DNA of 64,000 nt from Eledone cirrhosa. Its lineage: Eukaryota. A program made the translations under genes and the position numbers. The notes below the pieces were generated by a model. That model did not search any database, had not been told where the DNA came from, and was given only the letters and a program-made list of their open reading frames with translations. Position 1 is the first letter of the stretch, and the number at the start of each line of letters is the position of its first letter. The stretch spans positions 373,550,001 to 373,614,000 of the forward strand of contig OZ024740.1 in the NCBI GenBank assembly GCA_964016885.1, given 5' to 3'. Of the stretch, positions 24,983 to 36,080 are shown piece by piece.

Positions 24983-26854
24983 TTACTTACCTTCCGGGGT
25001 CTTGTGAAGGTCGGGTGGTTCGACCTCCATGGTTTGTGGGGTTTCTTTTGGGAACCCCTTTAATAGTCTTGACGTGGGTTTTACGTTCGGGGTTCCCACA
25101 TCCCGAGGAAAGCTCTTTCGAATTTCTTTGTATGAAGCGAGCGACATTCGCATCAGAAGCAAATTATCTGGTACGCGAAATGTGCTCGCTTCAAATGTTT
25201 CCCCGTCTTTTTCGATGTTTGTGCTTCGTGCTACATGGGCCATCAATTCCTTGTTGGCCCTTCTGGCAAGCACGAAGTTTTTAATGTTTTGTTGCTCGGG
25301 TTTTATTTGTTCGTGTGATTGTGGTGGTGATAGCTTTGTTAGTGTTGTTTCTATTGTGTCTGCGTTTGTTGTGGGTGGGGTGTCTGTAGTTTCTGATGTT
25401 TGTGTGTCTATTTGTTCTTGTGTCTGTTTAGCTTGTTTGCGTTTGGGGGATTTTGGTGGTTGTGTTGGTGATGCTGTGGGGAAAATGTTTGTGTGGGTGG
25501 TGTGTGTATTTTTTTTTGTGGGGGTGTTTGTGCTTTGTGGATTTCTTTTTTTTGTGTGTTTTGTTTTTTGTATTTTGGGGGACTTTGGTTTTCCCTCATC
25601 TTCACTGCTGGAGGATGAGGGGTCTGTGGCTGTGAGCGTGTTTGTGTCTGAGTGAGTGTTTATGTTCTTGTTCGTGTGTGTATTTTGGGGGGGAGGGGGA
25701 ATGGCAGAGCTTTCCTCGTTTCCCCCCTGGGTGTGCAATTTTGGTGGTTCCATTGTTGACGGTGTTGCTGGTGGTCCTTGTCCCGGCGTCGCCAGCAGTG
25801 GAATATTTCGACCCCTTGCGCTTTTCGGCAGTTGAGGGCAGAAGGCTCGCAAGTGTGTCGTTTCCCCACAAAGGAAACAATGCGGCCTTTTGCCCTCAGT
25901 CATTATATGCAACACCCTCCCGTTTTGGAGGCGGATGTGGTCCGGGATTGCTTTTACGTTTTCGGGTCTGATTTGGAGCAGTATCTCCAGATCAACCCCG
26001 GACCAGTCGTCCCTGGCAGTTCTCGTTGCCTCTACCGGGACTGTATCCGTTCCTTCCACGATTACGCAACCCAGGAGCCACCACATATCAAGTCCTGGTG
26101 GAATCCTGGGAATGCGCACACGTGCTATTCGTTTTCCCATGTGGGAGGGGTACATTATAACCTTGCTGGTTTTGCAAGGGGTCATTGAATGCTTCACAGC
26201 GAGGGCTTCAGACTTGAACAGCACCGAAACGGTGCCGTATTGCCTGCCCCTCTCTATGAAGTCTGTGTCCTCTCTGATGTATTTCAGTGCGGCTTCTATA
26301 TCAGCTTGGGCGATTATCGCTGCCCTCTTTGTCTCTACTGAGATGCATCTGAAATGCACCGTTCTTTTTTCCACTGCCTCAATGGCTTCTGCCGGGACAG
26401 TTAAGTTTGCCCAGGTCTGCTCTTGATTTATGATTTTCCAGGCCTGGGCCAACTTTTCCTCTCTGTTGGTTAAGTCGATGCTGTAGCATGGTCTCCTTTT
26501 AGCCGCTGCCACAGCAGCGAAGGTGTTCTTGTTGGTGTTGTCACTGTTGTTGTTCTTGTTGGTGTTGCTGCTGCTATTGCTGTTGTTGTTCTCCCCTGTG
26601 TCGTGGTTACCCTCTGTGCTGTTGGCCTTATTGGTGCTGTTGCTGTCGCTACTATTACTCTCTGTGCTGTTTGTTTTGTTGGTGCTCTCGCTATTACCAC
26701 CTTCTGCGCTGTTCGGCTTGTTGGTGTTGGTGTTGTCGCTGTTACCACCTTCCGCGCCGCTCGGCCCGTTGGTGCTGGCATTGTCGCTGCTCACACTCGT
26801 GCTGGTGGCGCTCCTCGCCTCACCTCTCCTCTCAACGCTCAAGTCGCCATGCAC
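24983..26854 (-). CDS. LINE ORF1, gag-like with CCHC knuckle and low-complexity N- and C-regions
   Basis: 623-aa ORF; CFLCGETTHLRAFC; stop codon ~30 bp upstream of the ORF2 ATG; true start uncertain (ATG at 26893 is out of frame). Confidence 0.85.
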   Translation of the reverse strand: MHGDLSVERRGEARSATSTSVSSDNASTNGPSGAEGGNSDNTNTNKPNSAEGGNSESTNKTNSTESNSSDSNSTNKANSTEGNHDTGENNNSNSSSNTNKNNNSDNTNKNTFAAVAAAKRRPCYSIDLTNREEKLAQAWKIINQEQTWANLTVPAEAIEAVEKRTVHFRCISVETKRAAIIAQADIEAALKYIREDTDFIERGRQYGTVSVLFKSEALAVKHSMTPCKTSKVIMYPSHMGKRIARVRIPRIPPGLDMWWLLGCVIVEGTDTVPVEATRTARDDWSGVDLEILLQIRPENVKAIPDHIRLQNGRVLHIMTEGKRPHCFLCGETTHLRAFCPQLPKSARGRNIPLLATPGQGPPATPSTMEPPKLHTQGGNEESSAIPPPPQNTHTNKNINTHSDTNTLTATDPSSSSSEDEGKPKSPKIQKTKHTKKRNPQSTNTPTKKNTHTTHTNIFPTASPTQPPKSPKRKQAKQTQEQIDTQTSETTDTPPTTNADTIETTLTKLSPPQSHEQIKPEQQNIKNFVLARRANKELMAHVARSTNIEKDGETFEASTFRVPDNLLLMRMSLASYKEIRKSFPRDVGTPNVKPTSRLLKGFPKETPQTMEVEPPDLHKTPEGK

Positions 26855-27103
26855 GACAGCAGACCCGCCTCTAGGGGGCGTGGCTCCGCCATGTTTTTTT
26901 GAGAAAAAAATTATTATTTTTTTTCAAAATAAAGTTCAAATATTTGGGCCAAAAGGCCCAAATATTATGAGTTATTCCTTCACAGGATACAAATGAATGT
27001 CTTATAATGCTTCAACGGTACAAAAAATAAACAATTCTCTACAATTAATCCTCAAAAAATTGCTTACTCACGGAGCTTCAAAAAACGTACATCCACTTTC
27101 GTC

Positions 27104-27137
<34 letters not shown>

Positions 27138-27159
27138 GTAATAATACTGCTACTACTAA

Positions 27160-27570
27160 TAGAACTGGCTGATCAAGTACTTGATCATCTACTCTCACAC
27201 GACTCCATCATCCATCTACGATGTCGTTCCATGCCCCCGCTAAATGTAAAGGGTGCCTCGTTCATAGAAAGGCTTCTTGTTACCTAAATAAATCCGGACG
27301 TCGGACCCACTCTAAAGGCACCATTTTAACTAATGTTCACGTCCTGGACCAAAGGTTTATCCTCTGTATCCAGGAAGATTACCCTTTCTTAAACAGCCCT
27401 GCAACCTCACATCCCATTCCCAACAGATTAAGAACTGCAAAGATATGATAGTCTTCGAAAGTTGGGGCTCGTACTGGACTTCCTGACGGCAGTCACATCC
27501 ATATCTAGTGACCTGAGGGTATTCAACAAGCCACCTTGTTTCTGGACGATTCCTGGCCACGAACATTTAG
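27160..27570 (-). mobile_element. Older Tx1 APE fragment
   Basis: Aligns with 24441-24930 (AACTGGCTGATCAAGTACTTGA ... GGCCACGAACATTTA). Confidence 0.75.
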
Positions 27571-27584
27571 ACAAGCAATTATTA

Positions 27585-27755
27585 TAGGGTCGGACACTAT
27601 GCTTTGTAGAATAGAGCTACGGCCGTTTACGGTCTGAGTTCAAATCTCGCCGAGGTAAACTTTGCCTTTGATCCTTACGGGGTCGATAAAATAAAGTATC
27701 AGTAATGCACTGTATAACTGCTGGCATTGTGCTAAAAAGTGGAAACAATTATAAT
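27585..27755 (+). mobile_element. SINE family A
   Basis: B-box, central domain and tail present. Confidence 0.85.
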
Positions 27756-27879
27756 CTCCATGTTTTCCTGGTTGATTAATACAGAAAAAAATGGTTGGTC
27801 TACATACCGTCCTGGCTTTGTTGGTGACAGGGTTGTTCGATATTCAGGTTTGGTGGGTCTTCTTTTAGGAACCCCTTTA

Positions 27880-30420
27880 AAATCATGCGTCTCGCCTTTA
27901 TAATTGAGGTCGCCACGTCTTGGTGGAAGCACTCCTTAATCTTTTTGTATGTTTATGGTGCCATTTGTACCATCATCAGTGGCAACATTCTCCCACTCTA
28001 TTTCAATGTCCTCATGTTGTATCATGAAGGCCATTAGGTTTGGTTGGCCCTTCTTATTAGCACATTCTTTATTAGGGGTATTGTCTCTCTGCGGATTGAT
28101 ACATGAATTAGAAGACATTTTCCCTTGTGGCTTTGATGATAATGTACGGTCGGTGTGGTTTGATTTCCTTGACTAGATCTATTGGCATATCCCAGAATAT
28201 GGTTTGCTTGTCATTGTCTGACAGTTCTGATGATGTTTATATGTACTATCGTTTATCTGTTGCTATTTAGTTATGTTTGCATACATTTCAGCGTATGTAA
28301 ATACTAACTCTATCTTTGGCTACTACAGGGCAACCAGAGATAATGTGCATAATTGGTTCTTCCCAACCTACATATATGCTGCACTTACTGTCCTGCTTCA
28401 TTATGCACTTCTGATGGTCTCTGGAGGAGGGTCTTTGATTTTGTGCTCCGATTAGAAATCTATCTGTCCTTATTTTTAGTCCACATCTTAGTGATTCACT
28501 TTTATGAGTATTCTTCGAGTGTTCGCCATGTATGCGTTTGTCTTCATTATAGTTGACCTTCTTGAGGTCAGTATTCAATTTGTATTTACTGGATTTTACA
28601 TTTTCTGTTGTTTTTTCTTTCCTTTTTCCTAACAATTATCTGTCAATCCAGCGACTGTTTTTCATGTGTTGGATGTTATGAAGACAGAAGAGAATCTTTT
28701 GATTTCTACATGTTCCGTGGGTATTCTTTGTTATTTTGTTTTGTTCTCCATTAGGTATTTTGTAGTCCTACAGTACTTATTTTATAATAGTTTTCCAATT
28801 GCATACGGTCCTTTTCGTCTTGTGTTTATTGTAGGTATAGTCATTTTATATTTGCTAATTCTGTCAGTGGCACTTTCATAATATTAATGTTTATTCCATC
28901 TATTCTTTGGATTTCTATCTGTTTTACGTAATAATCTAAAACACAGTGTTCATCTTTAATATTTCATTTAATCTCTGTGTAGTAAACCTTGTCTTGTCCA
29001 TTGATGCCTAAGCATTTGCATGTATGCGTTTGACCTCATTATCTTATCTAAATTTGTTTTTGTCTAGCACTGTATTAGAGATTTTCGCTAGTTTTCGCTT
29101 TTTAGATTTAAATTAGCCCAATTCTCGAGTCTATATTCCATGCCTACTACGTTTGTGAATCTATATACATTCTAAAGCAGCGTTTACAATTGTGTCTCAC
29201 ATGCAGCATACATCTTTAGATCATCTATATATAAAACATGGGTAATTTCTTTGAGGTACCATTTATTCCCCAGTCTAGATGGGCTTAGCCTCTCAGATAA
29301 TGGTGTCGGTGCAAGTCAGAAAAACAGTGGTGATAAGTGACCCCTTGAAGTATCCCTCTGTGGTTTAGGATGTGCTCCATTTTTATAATTCCCTGCTTGG
29401 TTTATATCCCCATACTTCATAAATAAATGTATTATTGTTTGCACTACTTCATTTATTGGTAGCGTGTTCTGTATCCATGTATGAGGGACACTGTCAAATG
29501 CATTATGGTAGTCAATCCATGGCATGGAATTGATTTTTTGCAATTTTCGATTTTTTAATTAGCACCTGGTTTTTAGAGTCATATGATGATTTGTATCATC
29601 TTTTTTGTTCTTATGGATACATGTTGCTTTCTTCCAGATTCCTGGAAGGTTCCGAGATACTATTGCAGTTAAGGTTATGTATGTAGCGGTAAGATGTGTT
29701 ATGGGTTTGTTATTTTGTGGGTGTGTTGTTTCATTATCCTTGGTGATAAGGGTGTTTTTTCTTTTAGAGAACCCGTCCGCCGATTTTTACAACGCAGTCA
29801 CGTCTCATTAAACCTATTTCCAAATAAATAATGTCTCGTTGTTAAATATTTGAAGCCAAAGATTGTGATCTTGTCGTGCTCATGTGTCTTCAAGTCGCTT
29901 GATTTTTTCAATGTACTAGACACATAATCTCCTGTAATATTTTCCCACAAATATTCAGGTACTGTGATTATTGTTCTTGCGAATTCTATGCATAATAATT
30001 TCTCTTCTATTTCTGCTATTAATCATCTGGATAATGTTTCCATTTATTTTATTTTGGCGGCTATATTTAACTATATTTGAATTCCTTTTATGTTGCGAGT
30101 AGAGTCTTTGTTTTCATTCCTATTCCTTGTTCTGTTCTTTTCCTTCATATTTCAATAAATATTGAGATGTATTATCTTTTATTTTCTATACGTTTTTGAT
30201 TTCCATGTTTGTTGGCGTTTTGTTATTTTGGTTTCAATAGAGCTAATGGATTAGCCATGTCCGTTTGTAACAATAGCGGCGTCTGCATATACTAGGTGAC
30301 CCACTCAAAATTGACATCATTGCGTAGCCAATCTTCGATCAAATGATCTAAATGCTTTTAAAACTGGGTAAAAACTAATCAAGTTTAATGTTAACAGTTT
30401 TCCTTTTTTAGGTTGAACAG
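27880..30420 (-). mobile_element. Decayed R4/Dong-type (restriction-like endonuclease) LINE
   Basis: SMPWIDYHNAFDSVPHTWI (RT) and EEPIMHIISGCPVVAK (CCHC) are typical of R4-clade proteins; many stops. Confidence 0.75.
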
Positions 30421-30580
30421 TGACGTTTTCTGGCCGGGGAGTGTAAGAATAGTTTCTAAGTTGCTGTGAAGTGGAAAGGTTCTGACGAACCATTGATCTC
30501 TAAAGAATTATTACAACGCGTTATAAAATATTTGATCATTAAAGAGTAATAAACTTAATATACATATATTAATTATATAT

Positions 30581-31435
30581 ACAGGCAGTCCAGAAACAGT
30601 TTAGACAATTTAAAAAACAAATTAATTCAATATTCTAATATGTATTGACCAAATAATCCTTTTTTCAAAGAATTCGAAGTTTGAAAGCCACAAAAGTGCG
30701 GGTTTGGACGGAGAACAATCCAAACATAAAAAACAGGGTTGTTGATTTTTAAAAAAATTTATTTAGTCTTATGCCCTGGTATTTCGAGATTAATATCTCT
30801 TCTTCCGAGGAAAATAAAGGAACTATTCCAGTGTCCGATGTGGCTTGCTGTACCATGCTGGCCGGAAGTGTTTTTATCTTATTAATAGTTTGTTATTAAA
30901 GTTTTTTTTTTGTTTCAGAGAGGAAGTAAAAAAATAACTACCCCTCAAGATAAAGCACAATATGTTTTTTTTAGTTTATCGAAACAAAATTAGATATTCA
31001 AACACAAAGAAATTACACAACTAAGTATGCAAAATAAGATTCTGCACGTCAGTTGATTCGCAACATGTCACAAGCAGTTCATGGAAATAGGAACGTTGCT
31101 GCATGAGCCGAGATGTGTAAGGCCATGTGCATCTCATGAATGTATTGAGCGTGTTTGTCAGTGATTTTTCTCGTAGCCTAAGAAAGTACATCCGTTCTGT
31201 TTCCGTTCAACTGCAAATACCGAAATCAGCAATTTATAAGGTTCTCCAGAGAAATCTGAGCCTATATGCATATGAAATTCAATTATTGGTAGCATTTAAA
31301 CCAGATAATAAATTTGGTGTTACCATGCTAGAAAAAATTGAAAAGACTGGTCTCCTCCTTAACCACATTTGCTTTACTTTCTCATACGCTTAACAATGGC
31401 AATGTAAACATTTAGGGAAGTGAAAACCGAAACAT
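30581..31435 (+). mobile_element. Tc1/mariner remnant (left TIR + N-terminal transposase)
   Basis: TA|CAGGCAGTCCAGAAAC terminus; FSRSLRKYIRSVSVQLQIPKSAIYKVLQRNLSLYAYEIQLL is a mariner HTH region. Confidence 0.75.
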
Positions 31436-31444
31436 TACTTACTC

Positions 31445-31490
<46 letters not shown>

Positions 31491-32149
31491 CATATATATA
31501 TAAATGCGTGTATGTATGTATGTGTGTGTGTATGGGCGTGTATGTGTCTGTATATACGTTTAATATAAGCAAACACACATAGATATATGTATGTATATAT
31601 CGACATTAAGAAAAAAAAAACGTTTCCTTCTTTAAACATTTCATTGCGACAAATGATGTAGATGGATATTTGAATAGTTATTACAGAAACTGTAATATGT
31701 TTATACACTCCCTACATGTGTTCACTTCAATTCTCAAATCTTTGTCATAAGGTTTTTGTTTTTTTACCTAAAAACATCAATTTGCACGTTTAGTTTTGTG
31801 TACTGCGTGGTGTTATGAAATTGATATCAAATTAAAGTTGTTAAATAAATTGCAGGAACATAACGTGTATGTGGTTAGATATTAGCTGTTGGATTTGTGA
31901 TAACGGAGGTCAAATCTGTATTCCCTATCTCTGTGTTTAATTGATAGCAAATTATAATTAATCCGAGCATGTTAAAGGTAGAAATACTTACGTTTAAATC
32001 AATAGCAAATGTCTGTATTTTAGCATTTTTGTATTAGGAATTAAAGGAAACCTCCTTCTCACTTGTGTGTAAATGATTTCATACATCGAAATGCGTTTGA
32101 GAGTGATACAACTTTACAACATGAAACTAATGTGTACGACGAGTAATGG

Positions 32150-32790
32150 GAATACCCCTTTTAATTTTTTTTCCCTGAGAGCTTAAAAGACATTATCTTT
32201 AGAACCCAATACTTGTTTTAGCTATTAAGGTTTTAATGTTTCTGGAAGAAATGTAGCTTCCTTATTTCCTAAACGGCTATTAAGATCGGCAATGTTAGGT
32301 TGTGCCTTTCAAGTATCATTTTTAATTGAACGACTTGTAATATACACTGTTTTCACAAACGTATTGATTACTAGATGAACCGTTGAATAATTATTGAGCT
32401 ATTTCTTAATAGCTAATACATTGTTGCAAAGCTTCGCTGCAACGTTGATTCGGATCTAAAAGAAGTTATATTTTATGTGATCATGTGATTAGAGATGTTA
32501 CATCTGGGTTTAATTAATCTGGAAAATGTTTTCAAGTGTTCCAAACGCTTCTCGCTGTGTTTAATGATGATTCAGCTTTAAAGTATGTATTTTTCTTCTC
32601 TTTAAGTAACATTACTGTGTTTATAGCCAAAATAATCCTGCCTTCACCTTTTGATAACGTAATATTCTTTCAGTATGAAGCTTATCATGCAAGTATCAAT
32701 TCATCTACCGACCCCATTCTAGTTATTAAAAAAATAGCATGCATAGCTATTAATATATTATTCCATAAAGAGAAATTTAAATCGGTCACT
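32150..32790 (-). mobile_element. Possible decayed tyrosine-recombinase (DIRS-like) fragment
   Basis: Weak peptides AIFLITRMGSVDELIL ... FKAESSLNTARS ... SRSIKN in the order expected for DIRS YR. Confidence 0.25.
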
Positions 32791-32834
32791 TAACTCATAC
32801 TGGAACTCATACATACATATAAACACACGTACAT

Positions 32835-32917
<83 letters not shown>

Positions 32918-32924
32918 TACACAC

Positions 32925-33060
<136 letters not shown>

Positions 33061-33145
33061 ATGTATCATTAACATCATATTTTCATTCAATATACCAAGT
33101 TAAATTCTTGGTTTAAAGACATCATATTCACATAAGCAGATGTTT

Positions 33146-33697
33146 TCCAAAAGGCATCAATACACACTATACGGCTATTCATCTAAAATAACAACATTGG
33201 GGGATTGGCAGTATCGGTAGAGGGTCGGACGCCATGCGTTGCAGCAGAATTACGTCCCTTTGCAGACTGAGTTCAAATCCCGCCGAGGTTAACTTTGCCT
33301 TTCATCCTTACGGACTCGATAACATAAAGTACCAGTAATACACTGGTATACTTTCTGGCCTTGTGCCAAAACTAGAAACAATTATTATGCCTTTCTGAGT
33401 TCAAATCACACCGTGGTTAACTTTGTCCTTCATCCTTACGCTGTCGATAAAATAAAGCACTAGTAATACATTGGTTAATTGCTGGCCTTGTGTGAAAAGT
33501 AGAAACAATTATTCTGGCAGTATCGTTAGAGAGTCGGACGCCATGCTTTGCAGGATAGAGTTAGGGCTCTTTATGATCTGAGTTCAAATCTCGCCGAGGT
33601 TAACGTTGCCTTTCATCCTTACGGGGTCGATAAAATAAAGTACCAGTAATTCATTGGGATAATAGCTGGCCTTGTGCCTAATGTAGAAACAACTATC
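33146..33697 (+). mobile_element. Head-to-tail trimer of SINE family A
   Basis: Copies at 33146-33387, 33388-33512 (5'-truncated) and 33514-33697, each beginning right after the previous ATTATT tail. Confidence 0.9.
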
Positions 33698-34366
33698 AAG
33701 TATACAGGCACGTTCACAAAGTGAGATGTTTCATTTACATTCATTGTAATTACAATTTGTATGACCATATACCGAAAACCAGCGCTCAGCAGAAATTAAC
33801 CTATTTCATTTGTCTACGTAGAGTGTCTGGAACCTTCTGAATTATACGCAAGTAAGTTGTTATTTATAAACAAGTATATACAAATGAATAAGAAGTAATT
33901 GATGGATACTAACGCTAAAGCCTCTGTCACGATTTAAGTAATGTGGTAGAACCTTTTACGTTCTGAATTCCACTGAGATCAACTATACTTCCTATCTTTT
34001 GAAAGTCCATAGAATAGAGTAGCCATCAAGTACTGTACTTGAGTTAATCATATGTGCATCTTGCGCCTACGTTGGGAGTCTTGTGCAGAAGGTCGCTCCC
34101 GTTGTTTATTGCGGATATTTATACATTTATAAAAGATAGTAGGTAATTAATTCAATTGTTGACTTAATCTAAAACTTTTATACCAGAATATTTCAAATAA
34201 TAACAAACCACCTATTAATAAAACTAAATTAGCACAATATTAACAAAATGAATAGCTCTGAAATTCGTTTAACATTTAATCCAATCATAAATGGACAAAG
34301 CAAAATAAGGAATATATGGTGTGAAAGTATAGTCTAATATCTTATGTATATATTTCCCCGTTACAG

Positions 34367-34970
34367 ATGAAGCTCAGTATTTTCTGGCGGCAAACTATGA
34401 GTTAAATATAATGATGTCTGATTTTAACCCTAACTTCCATTTATGTGAATGCACAATTTAAGCGACCGATCGTATAATATAATTTCACGTTGATATTGAC
34501 AATATTCATAAAACTGTCACGTACGTACACTGGTATTTGCGTAAATACCATGGACAAGGAGAATCAGGTGGGTAAGTTAACTATCTTCCTGTCAAAGTCA
34601 TAGGCACTTAGGTATTTAATCTTTTATGAAAATTAACAATAGGAAGATAATGTTATTAGGGGTTGTAATGACGTTCGTTCGCTGCAAACAATAGTATGTA
34701 GTTGATTCGATAACGATAGGTTAAAGAATCTAGTAATTAAAATCTAGTAGTTAAAATTCTAAATGTTGCCCAGATGGTGATTTCAGGAAATGCCTATAAT
34801 GTTTGTGTTGTAAACTTACATTGGCATTCACTTGAATATGACCCAGTATCAAAAAACTAACACCACACCAATTTTGCTCAAAACATTCGAGAAAGAAATT
34901 AAATTGATGCAAGTCCCTGTCCTTCCACAATAGCCTATAACAAATAAAGGCATACAACTTCGCAAATATA
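34367..34970 (+). pseudogene. Two decayed exon-like segments resembling LDL-receptor YWTD beta-propeller repeats
   Basis: TTCCCCGTTACAG|201 nt|GTGGGTAAG with two TAA; 34774 onward reads SLEYDPVSKN*HHTNFAQNIRERN*IDAS. Confidence 0.35.
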
Positions 34971-36052
34971 AAGTATACATATCCATTATTATGCAGATTA
35001 TCTATCTGAATTTCTAGAAAACTAGCTTCAAATATATGTTTGGACGCGTGTATATTGTCCCCTCACAACATTAAACATGAAATAAACGTATTTCCACGTG
35101 CGTTACTATATGGTAGTGGTTGTCACCTGACATGCGTGTTGATAAATGGTGGTATTCGGAGATAACTTTAACATTTTATTTGCCTTAGTTGTTTATTCTT
35201 TTCTAAGTTGATACATTTCGCTTTTTGTATCATTGCCCTCCCCATTCAACAAAGCGGGAAGGATGAAGTTTAGTTGGAGCTCAGTGAGAAAATAATTTAA
35301 ATAAAATGTGTGTTGGTAGAGACAATTTGGGAAACGACTGATATAGATTATATAGGAAGAATACAGTAAGGAACAGCTACTAAACTGAGTGAAAGCAACG
35401 TATTCGAAAGTCAGTAATTACGTATTGTGATGAATCTAACCTAGTCCTATTTTGTATTCTGTATTTCATTTAGAAAAACCTATTTTGCGTTTTTTCGTCA
35501 TATTAATCAACGCAAGGTATACAAAGCTAGTTTAAAATGTTTCCCATATATTTTCAATTATACACTGTTGCCTCACGTTTCGGTATTTATATATCGCATC
35601 GGTACAGCTCTTTAATAAACAAATGTAACTATTTTTATATTTATGTATAAAATAGAAGTATGTAGGAAACCTGCTCTGAAATATAAAAGCGAATGGTGTT
35701 TGCCTTTTTTTTTTACTAATCTCAATATGTTCAATACTATTGAAATGCTTGTTAACGTTGAGGGACACTGGAACCAGAATCTGTTCTGTAAAATCGTTAT
35801 TCTACAACCTAAGTGTTAGATTCCTTTACGCCAATGACAATATCACCAGTTTCATTTAACCTTGTTACTAGGAACATTTAAAGATAACTTAAAATGTCAA
35901 GCTTGGGTAATATCGGTATATCTGTTCATTTCTTTATTACATTTTATTTCTATAAAATCTTCAAGTATTTTACATTAGCATGAATTAATTACTACCATCG
36001 ATATACATCTCAATGTGGTGTCAAGATATAATATAGAATATTCAAAGTAAGA

Positions 36053-36080
36053 CTAACCCTAACCCTAACCCTAACCCTAA
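36053..36080. repeat. Interstitial telomeric repeat (CCCTAA)4
   Basis: CTAACCCTAACCCTAACCCTAACCCTAA. Confidence 0.9.

Larger units (their letters stand above)
21275..27103 (-). mobile_element. Full-length Tx1/L1-clade non-LTR retrotransposon
   Basis: 5' UTR + ORF1 + ORF2 (APE-RT-zf) + 3' UTR with AATAAA; (AAT)n on both flanks. Confidence 0.95.

Noticed and set aside
21732-26996. Antisense ORFs within the LINE
   Set aside because: Shadows of GC-rich or low-complexity coding sequence with no recognisable domains.
33146-33697. CRISPR-like or tRNA-gene array
   Set aside because: Units are SINE copies with no unique spacers and no intact cloverleaf.
34367-34970. Rescue of TAA stops by A-to-I editing to Trp
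   Set aside because: Multiple stops, and at least one falls at a Leu rather than a Trp position of the YWTD pattern; decay is simpler.
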